From Akkermansiaceae bacterium (GTDB lineage Bacteria; Verrucomicrobiota; Verrucomicrobiia; Verrucomicrobiales; Akkermansiaceae): a stretch of DNA of 64,000 nt. The position numbers were made by a program, and so were the translations under genes. Under the pieces are notes generated by a model that saw nothing but the letters and a program-made list of their open reading frames with translations, was not told the DNA's origin and ran no database searches. Positions within the stretch are counted from its first letter, which is position 1; every line of letters begins with the position of its first letter. The stretch covers positions 128,001-192,000 of the forward strand of contig JBPOGF010000001.1 of NCBI GenBank assembly GCA_051251915.1. Direction: 5' to 3'. Positions 26,472 through 35,973 of the stretch are shown here, in pieces.

Positions 26472-29297
26472 TTACTTGAGCCATTTTCCGGTTAAGGAGG
26501 TTTTTGATTTGGCGATTTTTGAGGGGGGGCCTTGGGCTACTATTTTGCCGCCGTGTTTGCCGCCGCCTGGGCCTAGGTCGATGATGTGGTCTGCGTGGCG
26601 GATGATGTCTAGGTTGTGCTCTACGATGATGAGGGAGTTGCCGGCATCACGGAGGTTGGTGAGGGCGGTGAGGAGGATTTCTATGTCTTTGAAGTGGAGG
26701 CCTGTGGTGGGTTCGTCTAGGAGGTAGAGGGTGTTGCCGATGGAGGTTTTGGCTAGTTCTGTGGCGAGTTTTACGCGCTGGGCTTCTCCTCCTGAAAGGG
26801 TGTTGGCGGGTTGGCCTAGTTTGATGTAGCCTAGGCCAACGTTTACTAGGGAGGATAGGATGGCGTCTAGTTTGGGGATGTTGGTGAAGAAGGTGGCGGC
26901 TTCTTGGGCGGTCATTTCTAGGGTTTCTGCGATGTTTTTTCCTTTGTAGGTGATTTCTAGGGTTTCGCGGTTGTAGCGTTTTCCTTGGCAGGAGTCGCAG
27001 GGGATGTAGGCGTCTGCGAGGAAGTGCATGTCGATTTTTATGGCGCCGTCTCCGGAGCATTTTTCGCAGCGTCCGCCTTTGACGTTGAATGAGAATCTGC
27101 CGGCTTTGTAGCCTCGTTGGCGGGAGAGGGGGAGCTTGGCGAAGAGTTGGCGGATGTGGTCTAGGGAGCCGGTGTAGGTGGCGGGGTTAGAGCGGGGGGA
27201 TTTTCCCAGGGCGGATTGGTCTACAACTATGACACGGTCGATGTGTTCCATGCCTTCGATGGATTTGTGGGCACCTGGGGTGGCTTTTGTTTTGTGGAAT
27301 TTTCTGGCGAGGGCGCGGTGGAGGATGTTGTGGATGAGAGTGGATTTTCCGGAGCCTGAGGAGCCAGTTACGCAAACTAGTTGGTTTAGGGGGATGGAGA
27401 CTGTTAGGTTGTTTAGGTTGTTTTCTTTTGCTCCGATTATTTTTAAAAAGTGATCAGTGATCGGTGATCGGTGATCGGTGGGGAGTGCAGGCTGTGTCTG
27501 GTTTTTGTTGAGGTAGTGGGCGGTTAGGGAGGTTTTTGATTTTAGGAGGTCTTTTGGGGTTCCGGAGAAGAGGAGTTTGCCGCCTTGGGCGCCGGCTTCT
27601 GGGCCGATGTCTATTATCCAGTCGGCGGCGCGGATGGTTTCTTCGTCGTGCTCTACGACTACGACGGTGTTGCCTGCGTCGCGGAGTTTTTTGAGGGCGG
27701 TGATGAGCATGGCGTTGTCTTGCTGGTGGAGGCCGATGGAGGGCTCGTCTAGGACGTAGACTACGCCGGCTAGGCCTGCTCCGAGCTGGGTGGCGAGGCG
27801 GATGCGCTGGGATTCTCCTCCGGAGAGGGTGCCGCTTTTGCGGTCTAGGGTGAGGTATCCTAGGCCGACGTTGTTGAGGAATTCTAGGCGTTCACGGACT
27901 TCTTTGATGAGGTTGTTGCCGATGTCTTGGTGTTCTGGGGGGAGGGTGAAGGTGGCGAGGGTGTGGAGGGAGTCTTCTACGGGGAGTTGGGTGAAGTCTT
28001 GGATGCCGAGGTTGTTGATTTTGACGTGGAGGATTTCTGGTTTGAGGCGTTGGCCGTCACAGGTTTTGCAGTGTTGGGAGGTGAGGTATTTTCCCATGCT
28101 GCGTTTGACTCCTTCTGATTCGGTTTCTCGGTTGAGGCGTTCTACGGTGTTGCAGAGGCCTTCGTAGGTTTTCTTCCAGGGGATGAGTTGGCCGTCGCGT
28201 TCCCATATCATGGTGATTTCTGTGTCGCCTAGGCCGTAGAAGAGGGCATCTTTGTATTTTTTGGGGAGTTTTGAGAATGGTTTGTCGAGGTCGACTTTGA
28301 AGTGGTCGGCTATGGCTTCGACTTGGCGTTGGACCCAGCCTTTTTTGGTTTTGGTTCCGCCCCAGATTTGGATGGCACCTTGGTTGAGGGATTTGGTGGG
28401 GTCTGGGACGAGGAGGGTTTGGTCGCAGAAGAGTTGGGTGCCGAGGCCGTGGCAGTCTGGGCAGGCTCCGAGGTGGGAGTTGAATGAGAAGTGTTTGGGG
28501 GTGAGGGCTGGGAGTTCGTAGCCGGTGTTGGGGTTTCTGTAGCTGGTGAGGAATGAAATTTCTTGGTAGTCGTCATCGTCTGGGGTCATGACGAGGGCTT
28601 TGGTTTCTGAGCCGCAGAGGCGGAGGGCCATTTCTACGGAGTCTGCTAGGCGGGATTCCATGCCTTCTCTTATGACTAGGCGGTCGATGACGATTTCTAG
28701 TGAGGTGGTGGTTTCTGGCCAGTTTTGCTGGGCTTGGTCGATTTCTGTTAGGTGGCCGTTGATGCGGATGCGGATGAAGCCTTGGCGCTGGAGGTCTGCG
28801 AGGAGTCTCTCGGGGTCTTGGGCTTCTGTTAGGGGGATGGGGGCGAGGAGGATGAGTTTGGTGCGCTCTGGTTTGGTGGTGAGTGAATTTACGATGTCCG
28901 TGGAGGTCATCTTTTGGAGTTTTTCTCCGGTGATGGGGTCGTGCGGGGTGCCTGCTGCGGCGTAGAGGATGCGGAGGTAGTCGTAGATTTCTGTGGCTGT
29001 GGCGATGGTGGAGCGTGGGTTTACGCCGCCGGTTTTCTGTTCGATGGCGATGGCTGGGGAGAGGCCTTCGATGGAGTCTACATCTGGTTTCTCGAACTGG
29101 TCTAGGAACTGGCGAGCGTAGGCGGAGAGGGACTCGACGTAGCGGCGCTGGCCTTCTGCGTAGAGGGTGTTGAATGCTAGGGAGGATTTACCTGAGCCGG
29201 AGGGGCCGGTGATGACGACGAGTTTTCCGCGAGGGATGTCTACGTTGATGTTTTGTAGGTTGTGCTGGCGTGCGCCTCTGATTTTGATGGTCTCCAT
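26472..29297 (-). CDS. uvrA: Excinuclease ABC subunit A
   Basis: GARQHNLQNI, GPSGSGKSS, EGQRRYVES, two LSGGE signatures, FSFN, CxxC zinc fingers, LDEP. Confidence 0.98.
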   Translation of the reverse strand: METIKIRGARQHNLQNINVDIPRGKLVVITGPSGSGKSSLAFNTLYAEGQRRYVESLSAYARQFLDQFEKPDVDSIEGLSPAIAIEQKTGGVNPRSTIATATEIYDYLRILYAAAGTPHDPITGEKLQKMTSTDIVNSLTTKPERTKLILLAPIPLTEAQDPERLLADLQRQGFIRIRINGHLTEIDQAQQNWPETTTSLEIVIDRLVIREGMESRLADSVEMALRLCGSETKALVMTPDDDDYQEISFLTSYRNPNTGYELPALTPKHFSFNSHLGACPDCHGLGTQLFCDQTLLVPDPTKSLNQGAIQIWGGTKTKKGWVQRQVEAIADHFKVDLDKPFSKLPKKYKDALFYGLGDTEITMIWERDGQLIPWKKTYEGLCNTVERLNRETESEGVKRSMGKYLTSQHCKTCDGQRLKPEILHVKINNLGIQDFTQLPVEDSLHTLATFTLPPEHQDIGNNLIKEVRERLEFLNNVGLGYLTLDRKSGTLSGGESQRIRLATQLGAGLAGVVYVLDEPSIGLHQQDNAMLITALKKLRDAGNTVVVVEHDEETIRAADWIIDIGPEAGAQGGKLLFSGTPKDLLKSKTSLTAHYLNKNQTQPALPTDHRSPITDHFLKIIGAKENNLNNLTVSIPLNQLVCVTGSSGSGKSTLIHNILHRALARKFHKTKATPGAHKSIEGMEHIDRVIVVDQSALGKSPRSNPATYTGSLDHIRQLFAKLPLSRQRGYKAGRFSFNVKGGRCEKCSGDGAIKIDMHFLADAYIPCDSCQGKRYNRETLEITYKGKNIAETLEMTAQEAATFFTNIPKLDAILSSLVNVGLGYIKLGQPANTLSGGEAQRVKLATELAKTSIGNTLYLLDEPTTGLHFKDIEILLTALTNLRDAGNSLIIVEHNLDIIRHADHIIDLGPGGGKHGGKIVAQGPPSKIAKSKTSLTGKWLK
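27450..27480. repeat. Heptamer tandem repeat GTGATCR x4 inside uvrA
   Basis: GTGATCA GTGATCG GTGATCG GTGATCG GTG; encodes TDHRSPITDH. Confidence 0.85.
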
Positions 29298-29359
29298 TGC
29301 TTGTAGGAGGATGGACTGGATTTCTTGGGATGGATAGTATTTTTGTGTGTGGTGTTTAT

Positions 29360-29806
29360 CTATCCGTTGGAGGTGTAGAGAGGGGAGAAGAGTAGGTTTG
29401 CGATGAGGATGGCTTGGTGAGCTTTGTGGTCTGGGCAGCGGAAATGGATGTGGGAGTCGTAGTCTTTGTGTTTGAATTCCATGTCTTGGAATTTGAGGCT
29501 TCTGCTAGAGGCTGAGGAGGTGAGTATTGCTGGGGTGGTGGTGTTGTCTTCTGTTATGAAGTGGGCTAGGGAGGAGTCTTGAGCAATTTGGTATTGGAGT
29601 TTTGGGGATTCGTTGATGGTGATTAAATATGGTGAGGATGACCAGGTCCTGAGTATTTGGGAATCTGGTCCATAGAGGATGTATTCTGCTGAGAGGCTTA
29701 GGAGGTGGGGTTGGTGAATGAGGCGGTATTTTGGTGAGCCGTCAATGACTACGTTGGCGTATTTTCGGCGGCCTAAGAAATTTTTCCAGGTTGGTTCTGT
29801 CTGCAT
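29360..29806 (-). CDS. Hypothetical protein (148 aa, MQTEPTWKNF...)
   Basis: C-terminal part of the 29360-30349 ORF; the upstream part is a shadow of the NagB frame. Confidence 0.65.
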   Translation of the reverse strand: MQTEPTWKNFLGRRKYANVVIDGSPKYRLIHQPHLLSLSAEYILYGPDSQILRTWSSSPYLITINESPKLQYQIAQDSSLAHFITEDNTTTPAILTSSASSRSLKFQDMEFKHKDYDSHIHFRCPDHKAHQAILIANLLFSPLYTSNG

Positions 29807-29853
29807 GAATGAGAGGGTTCCTCGCATGGGCCGTTGTTGTTTTGAGAGGGGAG

Positions 29854-31164
29854 CTATTTGAGGAGGGTGGCTGCGTCTTTGTCTAGGTAGAAGCTGGCAT
29901 TTGGGTGTTCTTGGAGGTAGGAGGCTGAGACGAGGTTGTTTACTGTTCCTGTGATGGCTTCGTTGACGATGGGGGCCTTGCTGGTTCCCCATGCCATGAG
30001 GACGATGCGTTTGGCTGCGAGTATGGTGCCGCAGCCCATTGTGATGGCCATGGTGGGGACGTTTTCGAGTCCGCCGAAGCTGCGGGAGGCGTCTTCGCGG
30101 GTGACATCGGTGAGCTGGACTGCTCTGGTGCGGGAGTTTTTTGGTGATCCTGGTTCGTTGAAGCCGATGTGTCCGGTGCGGCCGATGCCGAGGATCTGGA
30201 GGTCGATGCCGCCGGCGTTTTTGATTTTTTGTTCGTATTGTGCGCAGTGGGCGGGGGTGTCTTCTGGGGTGACTTTTCCGGATGGGAGGTGGATGTTTTC
30301 TGGTTTGATGTCGATGTGGTTGAAAAGGTGATGGTGCAAGTAGAACCAATGGCTTTCTGGGTGTTCGGGGGAGAGGCCTGAGTATTCGACTATGTTGAAG
30401 GTGATGACATTTTGGAAGGAGAGGTTCTCGGTTTGATGGAGGTGTATGAGTTCTTTATAGTAATGGATGGGGGTGCATCCTGCGACGAGTCCGAGGACGG
30501 TTTTACGACCTGCTGCATTGTTGGTGTGGATGAGGTGGGCGGTTTCTTCTGCGAGCTTTTTGGAGGCGGCGTGTTTGTCTACGAATTTCTCTACTGCGAT
30601 CTTTTTTACGGTGGGAGTTCTGTGCTTAGAGGTTCTTAATTTGGTGACGCTTTGTAGGTGTTTTTTAGGGACTATTGCGTAGAAGCAGAAGACGATGGGG
30701 TAGGCGATGATGCCGAGGAAGATGGCTGTGGTTGCTACACCTACTGCGAAATTTGCTAAGTTAACAACGGTTTCAAAAAACGGGATGGTTCGCTCGATGT
30801 CGATGAAGTCTAGCCAGCCGAGATCTAGGACGCCTCTGATTTTAGCACCAACTCGCTCTTGGAAGAGCATGAGGGGGAGTTGGGTGATGGGATTGCTAAC
30901 CCAGCAGGCGGCTACGGCTATGGGGATATTACCTCGTCCCATGAAGCAGCAGACAGCTGCGATGAGCATCTGGAAGGGGAGGGGGAGCATGGCGCAGAAG
31001 AGGCCGATGGAGAACCCGATGGAGACGCTTCTGACACAGGGGCGCCAGAGGTCACGGTTGAAAAATTTGATGACGATTCTATTTAGCCAGCTGACCTTGC
31101 GGATACGGCGATGTCTGAGTGCGCGATAAGATTTCCGCACCAGTTTAGAATAGAAGTGCTGCAT
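29854..31164 (-). CDS. DUF2062-like membrane domain fused to glucosamine-6-phosphate deaminase (NagB)-like domain
   Basis: N-terminal LPLPFQML...WVSNPIT; C-terminal GGIDLQILGIGRTGHIGFNEPGS, AITMGCGTI, ASYLQEHPN. Confidence 0.85.
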   Translation of the reverse strand: MQHFYSKLVRKSYRALRHRRIRKVSWLNRIVIKFFNRDLWRPCVRSVSIGFSIGLFCAMLPLPFQMLIAAVCCFMGRGNIPIAVAACWVSNPITQLPLMLFQERVGAKIRGVLDLGWLDFIDIERTIPFFETVVNLANFAVGVATTAIFLGIIAYPIVFCFYAIVPKKHLQSVTKLRTSKHRTPTVKKIAVEKFVDKHAASKKLAEETAHLIHTNNAAGRKTVLGLVAGCTPIHYYKELIHLHQTENLSFQNVITFNIVEYSGLSPEHPESHWFYLHHHLFNHIDIKPENIHLPSGKVTPEDTPAHCAQYEQKIKNAGGIDLQILGIGRTGHIGFNEPGSPKNSRTRAVQLTDVTREDASRSFGGLENVPTMAITMGCGTILAAKRIVLMAWGTSKAPIVNEAITGTVNNLVSASYLQEHPNASFYLDKDAATLLK

Positions 31165-31168
31165 CTAG

Positions 31169-31651
31169 CTAATCGTCTAATTTCACAATTTTGATGGAGC
31201 CGGAAGGTTTATTTTGTTCAGAGATAGACTGTGCTAGTGTGGGCGCGGCTGTCTCGTTGTTAGAGTTGGGTGCGCTTGGTTCCTCGCTACCGAGGGCATT
31301 TTTGAGTGCACCTTCTACGAGTTGGCCGCAGTGGATTTTCATGGGTGGGAGTGCTCCGAGGTCGCCGGAGAGTTCTGCTGCGTTGAGATTACTGGCTTCT
31401 TCGGCGGTCTTGCCTTTGAGCATTTCTGTGGCCATGGATGCTACGGCGATGGCGGTCTGGCAGCCGAAGCTCTGGAAGGAGGCTTTGTCGATGACTTTTT
31501 TGCCGTCTTTCTCGGTGAACTTTAGCCACATTCGTAGCATGTCGCCGCAGTCGGGAGATCCGACGGTTCCGACGGAATCAGCATCTTCCATCTCGCCTTG
31601 GTTTTGTGGGTTGGCGAGGGTGTCGCGCACTTTTTGCTCAAAATCACTCAT
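31169..31651 (-). CDS. IscU/NifU-N-type Fe-S cluster scaffold
   Basis: GSPDCGDM, SFGCQTAIAVAS, LPPMKIHC (three Cys). Confidence 0.92.
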   Translation of the reverse strand: MSDFEQKVRDTLANPQNQGEMEDADSVGTVGSPDCGDMLRMWLKFTEKDGKKVIDKASFQSFGCQTAIAVASMATEMLKGKTAEEASNLNAAELSGDLGALPPMKIHCGQLVEGALKNALGSEEPSAPNSNNETAAPTLAQSISEQNKPSGSIKIVKLDD

Positions 31652-31837
31652 GTGTTACTTTAGAGGCTGGGGGGGTAGATTGGCAAGTGTGAACTGGTTG
31701 TTGAAGGGGGAAAGTTTAAAGGAGAAAGTGGAAAGGCTTGGGGTGATGGTAGCTTGGTTTTTTGACTTATAGAGCTTACCATGATTAGCACTAATCATAG
31801 GAGTATGCTTGGGGTGTTGGTGGTGAGGGCTTTTGGG

Positions 31838-32467
31838 TTATTCGGTTTCTCTTTGCATTGAGGAGCTGGAGTGTGAGGTGTCCTCGCTGCTGGATGGCAT
31901 GTTGGAGGAGATGGGTGATGGGGAAGGTTTAGTTTGGAGGGGATTGAGCGCTTGCATTTCCTTTTCTAGGGTGTGCTTGGCGAGTTTGTCCTCGAAGGTT
32001 TCTAGGAGTTCTACGTTGGCTAGGCGTTTTTCTAGCTCGGTGTTGTGAGCTTGGACTTCGTCTAGGTTTTCGTTGATGGAGCGTAGTTCTTTTCTTAGGA
32101 TGGTGAATTCTTCGTTGTAGGCTTCCTCTGTTTTTGGTCTACCGAAGATCCAGACGCATGCGGTGGCGACGGCGCTGGATACGGCGGTGGCCATGGGGAG
32201 GAATTCGGCTCCTACGAGTCTGCTTCCAAAGGCTCCGTATACGCCCATGAGGAGGATGGTGCCACCGGCGATGATGCCGGTGGCTGCGGTTTTGATGACG
32301 TTGTTGGCGGTGTTGCCTGGGGTAAGGATACGTTCTATGGCGCCTTTTTTAGGCTCACGGCGACGGTCACGACGTTCGTAGTAATCGCGGTCATCGTCAT
32401 CGTAACGTTTTTTTCTACGATCATCGTCGTAGCGTTTTCTTGATTTGTAGTCGTCTCTGTCCCCCAT
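31838..32467 (-). CDS. Two-TM membrane protein with charged N-terminus and C-terminal coiled coil
   Basis: R/D/Y-rich repeats, two hydrophobic helices, ELEKRLANVELLE. Confidence 0.8.
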   Translation of the reverse strand: MGDRDDYKSRKRYDDDRRKKRYDDDDRDYYERRDRRREPKKGAIERILTPGNTANNVIKTAATGIIAGGTILLMGVYGAFGSRLVGAEFLPMATAVSSAVATACVWIFGRPKTEEAYNEEFTILRKELRSINENLDEVQAHNTELEKRLANVELLETFEDKLAKHTLEKEMQALNPLQTKPSPSPISSNMPSSSEDTSHSSSSMQRETE

Positions 32468-32486
32468 AGCTATTTGGTATCAGTTT

Positions 32487-33821
32487 CTATAGATTCTCGA
32501 TGCGGAAAACGACTGGAGCTGAGTTCACTGAGTCTAGTGCGAGGACTTTTTTCAGTGTGGCTTTGAGTTTTCCGAATGGACAAGTATGGAGCAGGAATAC
32601 CATGTCGACAAATTCTTTGTCTGGGTTTTCTGGATCTACTGGTGAGTGGGTGCCTGAGATACCTACGCCGTCGTTGGCGAGGACTTGGGCGATTTCTGCG
32701 ACGACGCCTGGTCTGTCAGTGACATCAAATCTGACGTAGTATGGAGTGGTGGTGTCCTCGATGGGTTTGATCTTGGTGTCTTCTGAGTATGGGAGGAATC
32801 CGCGGTGTGGTGAGCCTGATGAGATGGTGTGGGCTGCATCTACGATGTCTGCAACTACCGAGCTGGCAGTAGGTTCTTTACCTGCTCCTCTGCCGTAGAA
32901 GAGGGCGTCACCGCTGGCGTCACCTCTGACTGCGACGGCATTGAACACGCCGTTGACGCTGGAGAGGATGTGGCTTTTAGGGATGAATGATGGCTGGGTA
33001 CGGAGTTCAACTTTGCCGTCTGGGTGCTTGCGGACGACCGAGAGGAGCTTGACGTTGTAGCCGAGGTTCTTGGCAAATTCGATGTCTGTGCTGGTGACGC
33101 GTTCGATGCCTCTGACGTAGACGTCTGCGGGGTCGATGACGGTTCCGTATGCTAGTGTGGCGAGGAGGATGGCTTTGTGGGCGGCGTCCCAGCCGTTAAC
33201 GTCTAGTGTAGGGTCTGCTTCTGCGTAGCCGAGTTCCTGAGCTTCTTTGAGTGCTTCTGGGTAGCCGAGGCCGGCGGTGGTCATGCGCTCTAGGATGTAG
33301 TTCGATGTACCATTGATGATGCCGGTCATGGACTCGATGTCATTTCCGACGTAGCTGCCCTGGACTGCTTTGATGATGGGGATACCACCTGCTACGGCGG
33401 CTTCGAAGTGGATGGCAGCTTGGTGTTCTAGTGAGAGGGCGAAGAGTTCTTCTCCGCGTTCTGCGAGGAGTGCTTTGTTTCCAGTGACGACGGTTTTGCC
33501 GAGCTTGAGGGCTGCGGCTACGATGTCGAATGCTGTGGTGGTGCCGCCGATGAGTTCTACGACGATGTCGACAGATGGGTCTTCTACGACGTCATGCCAA
33601 TCTGAGGTGAAAAGTGTGGATGGCGCGTCTTCGATGCGCTTTTTGGTAATGTCTCTGACGGCAGCTTTGACGATGTTGACTTCAAACTGGTTGTTTGATC
33701 GTCCGTTGATGAGTTCGCGGTTTTTCTGAATGGTTTCCCAGACGCCTGTGCCTACGGTTCCGAATCCTACTAGTCCGACCCCGACTTGTTTTGGGGTGAT
33801 GTTTTTTTGTTGCTCTGTCAT
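32487..33821 (-). CDS. hom: Homoserine dehydrogenase with C-terminal ACT domain
   Basis: GLVGFGTVG, VELIGG, FEAAVAGGIPII, NGTSNYIL, GYAEADPT, DRPGVVA. Confidence 0.96.
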   Translation of the reverse strand: MTEQQKNITPKQVGVGLVGFGTVGTGVWETIQKNRELINGRSNNQFEVNIVKAAVRDITKKRIEDAPSTLFTSDWHDVVEDPSVDIVVELIGGTTTAFDIVAAALKLGKTVVTGNKALLAERGEELFALSLEHQAAIHFEAAVAGGIPIIKAVQGSYVGNDIESMTGIINGTSNYILERMTTAGLGYPEALKEAQELGYAEADPTLDVNGWDAAHKAILLATLAYGTVIDPADVYVRGIERVTSTDIEFAKNLGYNVKLLSVVRKHPDGKVELRTQPSFIPKSHILSSVNGVFNAVAVRGDASGDALFYGRGAGKEPTASSVVADIVDAAHTISSGSPHRGFLPYSEDTKIKPIEDTTTPYYVRFDVTDRPGVVAEIAQVLANDGVGISGTHSPVDPENPDKEFVDMVFLLHTCPFGKLKATLKKVLALDSVNSAPVVFRIENL

Positions 33822-33844
33822 GATGGTTGGAATGTGCGTTATGA

Positions 33845-35074
33845 TTAGCTGTTGTGTATATCAATAAATTGTAGGATGACTTGATTTCCTGAAATGGTGG
33901 CCGTGGGTTTGCGTTCGGGGATGGAGCTGAGATCGGCTGCTAGGAGGTGAAATTTCTTTGCGTCGGCTTCTGTTTCCCATCGGGTGGTCCAGGCGATGGT
34001 GAAGGTGCGGAGGTCTTGAGTGATGGTGAGGTTGTCAGAGGTAAGTTTTTTGTGTAGTTCAGAGTTTTCATCCCCTAGTTGTTTCAGGTAGAGCATGATG
34101 AAGAGTTGGCCGAGTTCTGTGTTGAGGTGTTGGTTCTGGGTTAGTGGTGGACGCGCTGCTGGTGGTTCGGTGAGGGGCATTCGCTTGGCGAAGATGGTGG
34201 CGGTGGATCTGGGCATGTGCTGGTAGAGCTCAGGGAACACTGAGTCGTTCTGGAGCATGATGTCCTCGATGTAGGTCTTGCCGTAGATGGCGGGGAAGGT
34301 GGTAATTCCTTGAATGAGGGAGGGGAGGGAGTTGAAGGTTTCTTGGGCTTCTAGGTTGGGTTTGAATTGCTTGGTGTGGCCGCCTTCGAGTGCGGTGATG
34401 TTTCTGAAGCGCTGGGCGATGGAGCTGGCGCGGCCTCGGATGAAGGCTTGGCGGGCTTGGAAGGCGTCGTCTGTTAGGTTTGATTTCTGGTCATCGGTTA
34501 GCGGGAAATTGAGCTCTAGGAGGGCGATGGAGAGGTGCTTGATGATGCTGGTGGTGTGGAGGAGGTTTTCGTCATCGAAGTCTGCGGAGAGTAGTATTTC
34601 GTTGGCGCTGGAGTCGTAGACGGCGACGGCTCCGGCGGTCTCGGCGATGGCGAGTTGGTTGATGAGGTGTTGATTTGGCGGCATGATGCCTAGTGACTCG
34701 AAGGCGTATTTACGCATTTCCATGCCTTCGATTTTGAATTGCTGGGTGTAGCGGTAGCGGACGACTTCTGCGAGGCGGTCGTCGTCCACGCGACGGGCGG
34801 CTACGTGGTCTGGGAATGTGAGGCCGAGGTTCTGCTCTACGAACTTGTAGTGAGCTAGGGGTAAGGTTATTTCTGCGCCATTGACTTGGAGTTTTTTGAG
34901 GGTGGCGTTTTCACCTTCGAGGATTGTGATTTGCTGTTGGAGTTCGGCGATTTTCTGGATTTGGGCGGGGCTGTTGGAGGTAAGGTTTTGTTGTTTTTGG
35001 GAATACAGCACGGAGCCTACTATTGATGCTAGGGCGATCAGTGAGGCTAGGAGGGTGCTGGGTGGAATTTTCAT
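33845..35074 (-). CDS. Membrane-anchored protein resembling a zincin-type peptidase family with a degenerate active site
   Basis: TM anchor, coiled coil, AVYDS...KHLSIALLELNF...ARQAFIRG...WTTRWETEADA pattern. Confidence 0.65.
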   Translation of the reverse strand: MKIPPSTLLASLIALASIVGSVLYSQKQQNLTSNSPAQIQKIAELQQQITILEGENATLKKLQVNGAEITLPLAHYKFVEQNLGLTFPDHVAARRVDDDRLAEVVRYRYTQQFKIEGMEMRKYAFESLGIMPPNQHLINQLAIAETAGAVAVYDSSANEILLSADFDDENLLHTTSIIKHLSIALLELNFPLTDDQKSNLTDDAFQARQAFIRGRASSIAQRFRNITALEGGHTKQFKPNLEAQETFNSLPSLIQGITTFPAIYGKTYIEDIMLQNDSVFPELYQHMPRSTATIFAKRMPLTEPPAARPPLTQNQHLNTELGQLFIMLYLKQLGDENSELHKKLTSDNLTITQDLRTFTIAWTTRWETEADAKKFHLLAADLSSIPERKPTATISGNQVILQFIDIHNS

Positions 35075-35112
35075 CAACGGGTCTTACGGTGGGTTTGAAT
35101 TTGATGTCTGAA

Positions 35113-35868
35113 TTATCTGCCGACGAGGATTTCTTCTGTGTCTAGGCCTGTGAGTTTTTTGAGGCCGTTTAGCATGAAGTAGAGGATGAATGCCATGACG
35201 AAGAAGAATGGGGCACCGATGACGAGGAATCCCCAACCGGTGATTTTCCCTACGATTTCGTTGTATTCTACTTTCCAGTTTTCGATGGTGGGGCTGAGGC
35301 CTTTGAAGAAGTAGAGTGAGAGTGCCATATTTGCGACTGCGCTGACGCAGAATGAGCCGAACATGATGAGTGAGCATTTCCAGAGGAGTGCTTTGTAGTC
35401 TGGTTGCTTTTCGTTGGTTTTGACGGATTTCTCGATGCGTTTGACGTCGAATAGGGCGTCGTTGTAGAGGAAGGTGTTGAGTAGGGGGGAGGTCATTTTG
35501 TGGGTGATGAGGAAGAGTGAGCCGATGACGAGTGGCTGTATGGCTTCTTTGATCCCGAAGATGATGCCTACGTGTGGGCGGGATGCTTCATTGTAGAAGA
35601 GGTAGATGGTGATGAGGCCGGTGAGGAGGATGGCGAAGAGGCCTACGCATGAGAAGAGGTTGAGTTTCTTGTGTTTTATGAAGTGCCAAATGCCGAAGGC
35701 GAGGGGGAGAATGAGGGCGATGGCCATGGCGGTGACTGGTCCTAGGTGCCAGAACTTGCCTTCTTCTTTGCTCATGTAGCTGAGAATCATGACGGGGGCG
35801 ATGACGTTGACGACGATGTCGAGCAGGGAATTGTCTGGTTTCTTTTTAGGTTTGATTTGGTCAGCCAT
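35113..35868 (-). CDS. VC0807-family-like integral membrane protein
   Basis: NVIAPVMIL, LGPVTAMAIAL, IKEAIQP, multiple TM helices. Confidence 0.75.
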   Translation of the reverse strand: MADQIKPKKKPDNSLLDIVVNVIAPVMILSYMSKEEGKFWHLGPVTAMAIALILPLAFGIWHFIKHKKLNLFSCVGLFAILLTGLITIYLFYNEASRPHVGIIFGIKEAIQPLVIGSLFLITHKMTSPLLNTFLYNDALFDVKRIEKSVKTNEKQPDYKALLWKCSLIMFGSFCVSAVANMALSLYFFKGLSPTIENWKVEYNEIVGKITGWGFLVIGAPFFFVMAFILYFMLNGLKKLTGLDTEEILVGR

Positions 35869-35973
35869 TGGTATGAAAGATGATTTGTTTCCTATGCTTT
35901 GCCATGTCCGCGAAAACTTGCAAGTTTGAATTTGCTGGGTTGTAGTGTTTGGGAATTTAGTTAGGGTGTGGGT

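Noticed and set aside
29807..30349. N-terminal half of the 329-aa ORF as a frameshifted or overlapping gene
   Set aside because: Low-complexity alternative frame of the NagB-like domain; only the part from ATG 29806 looks protein-like
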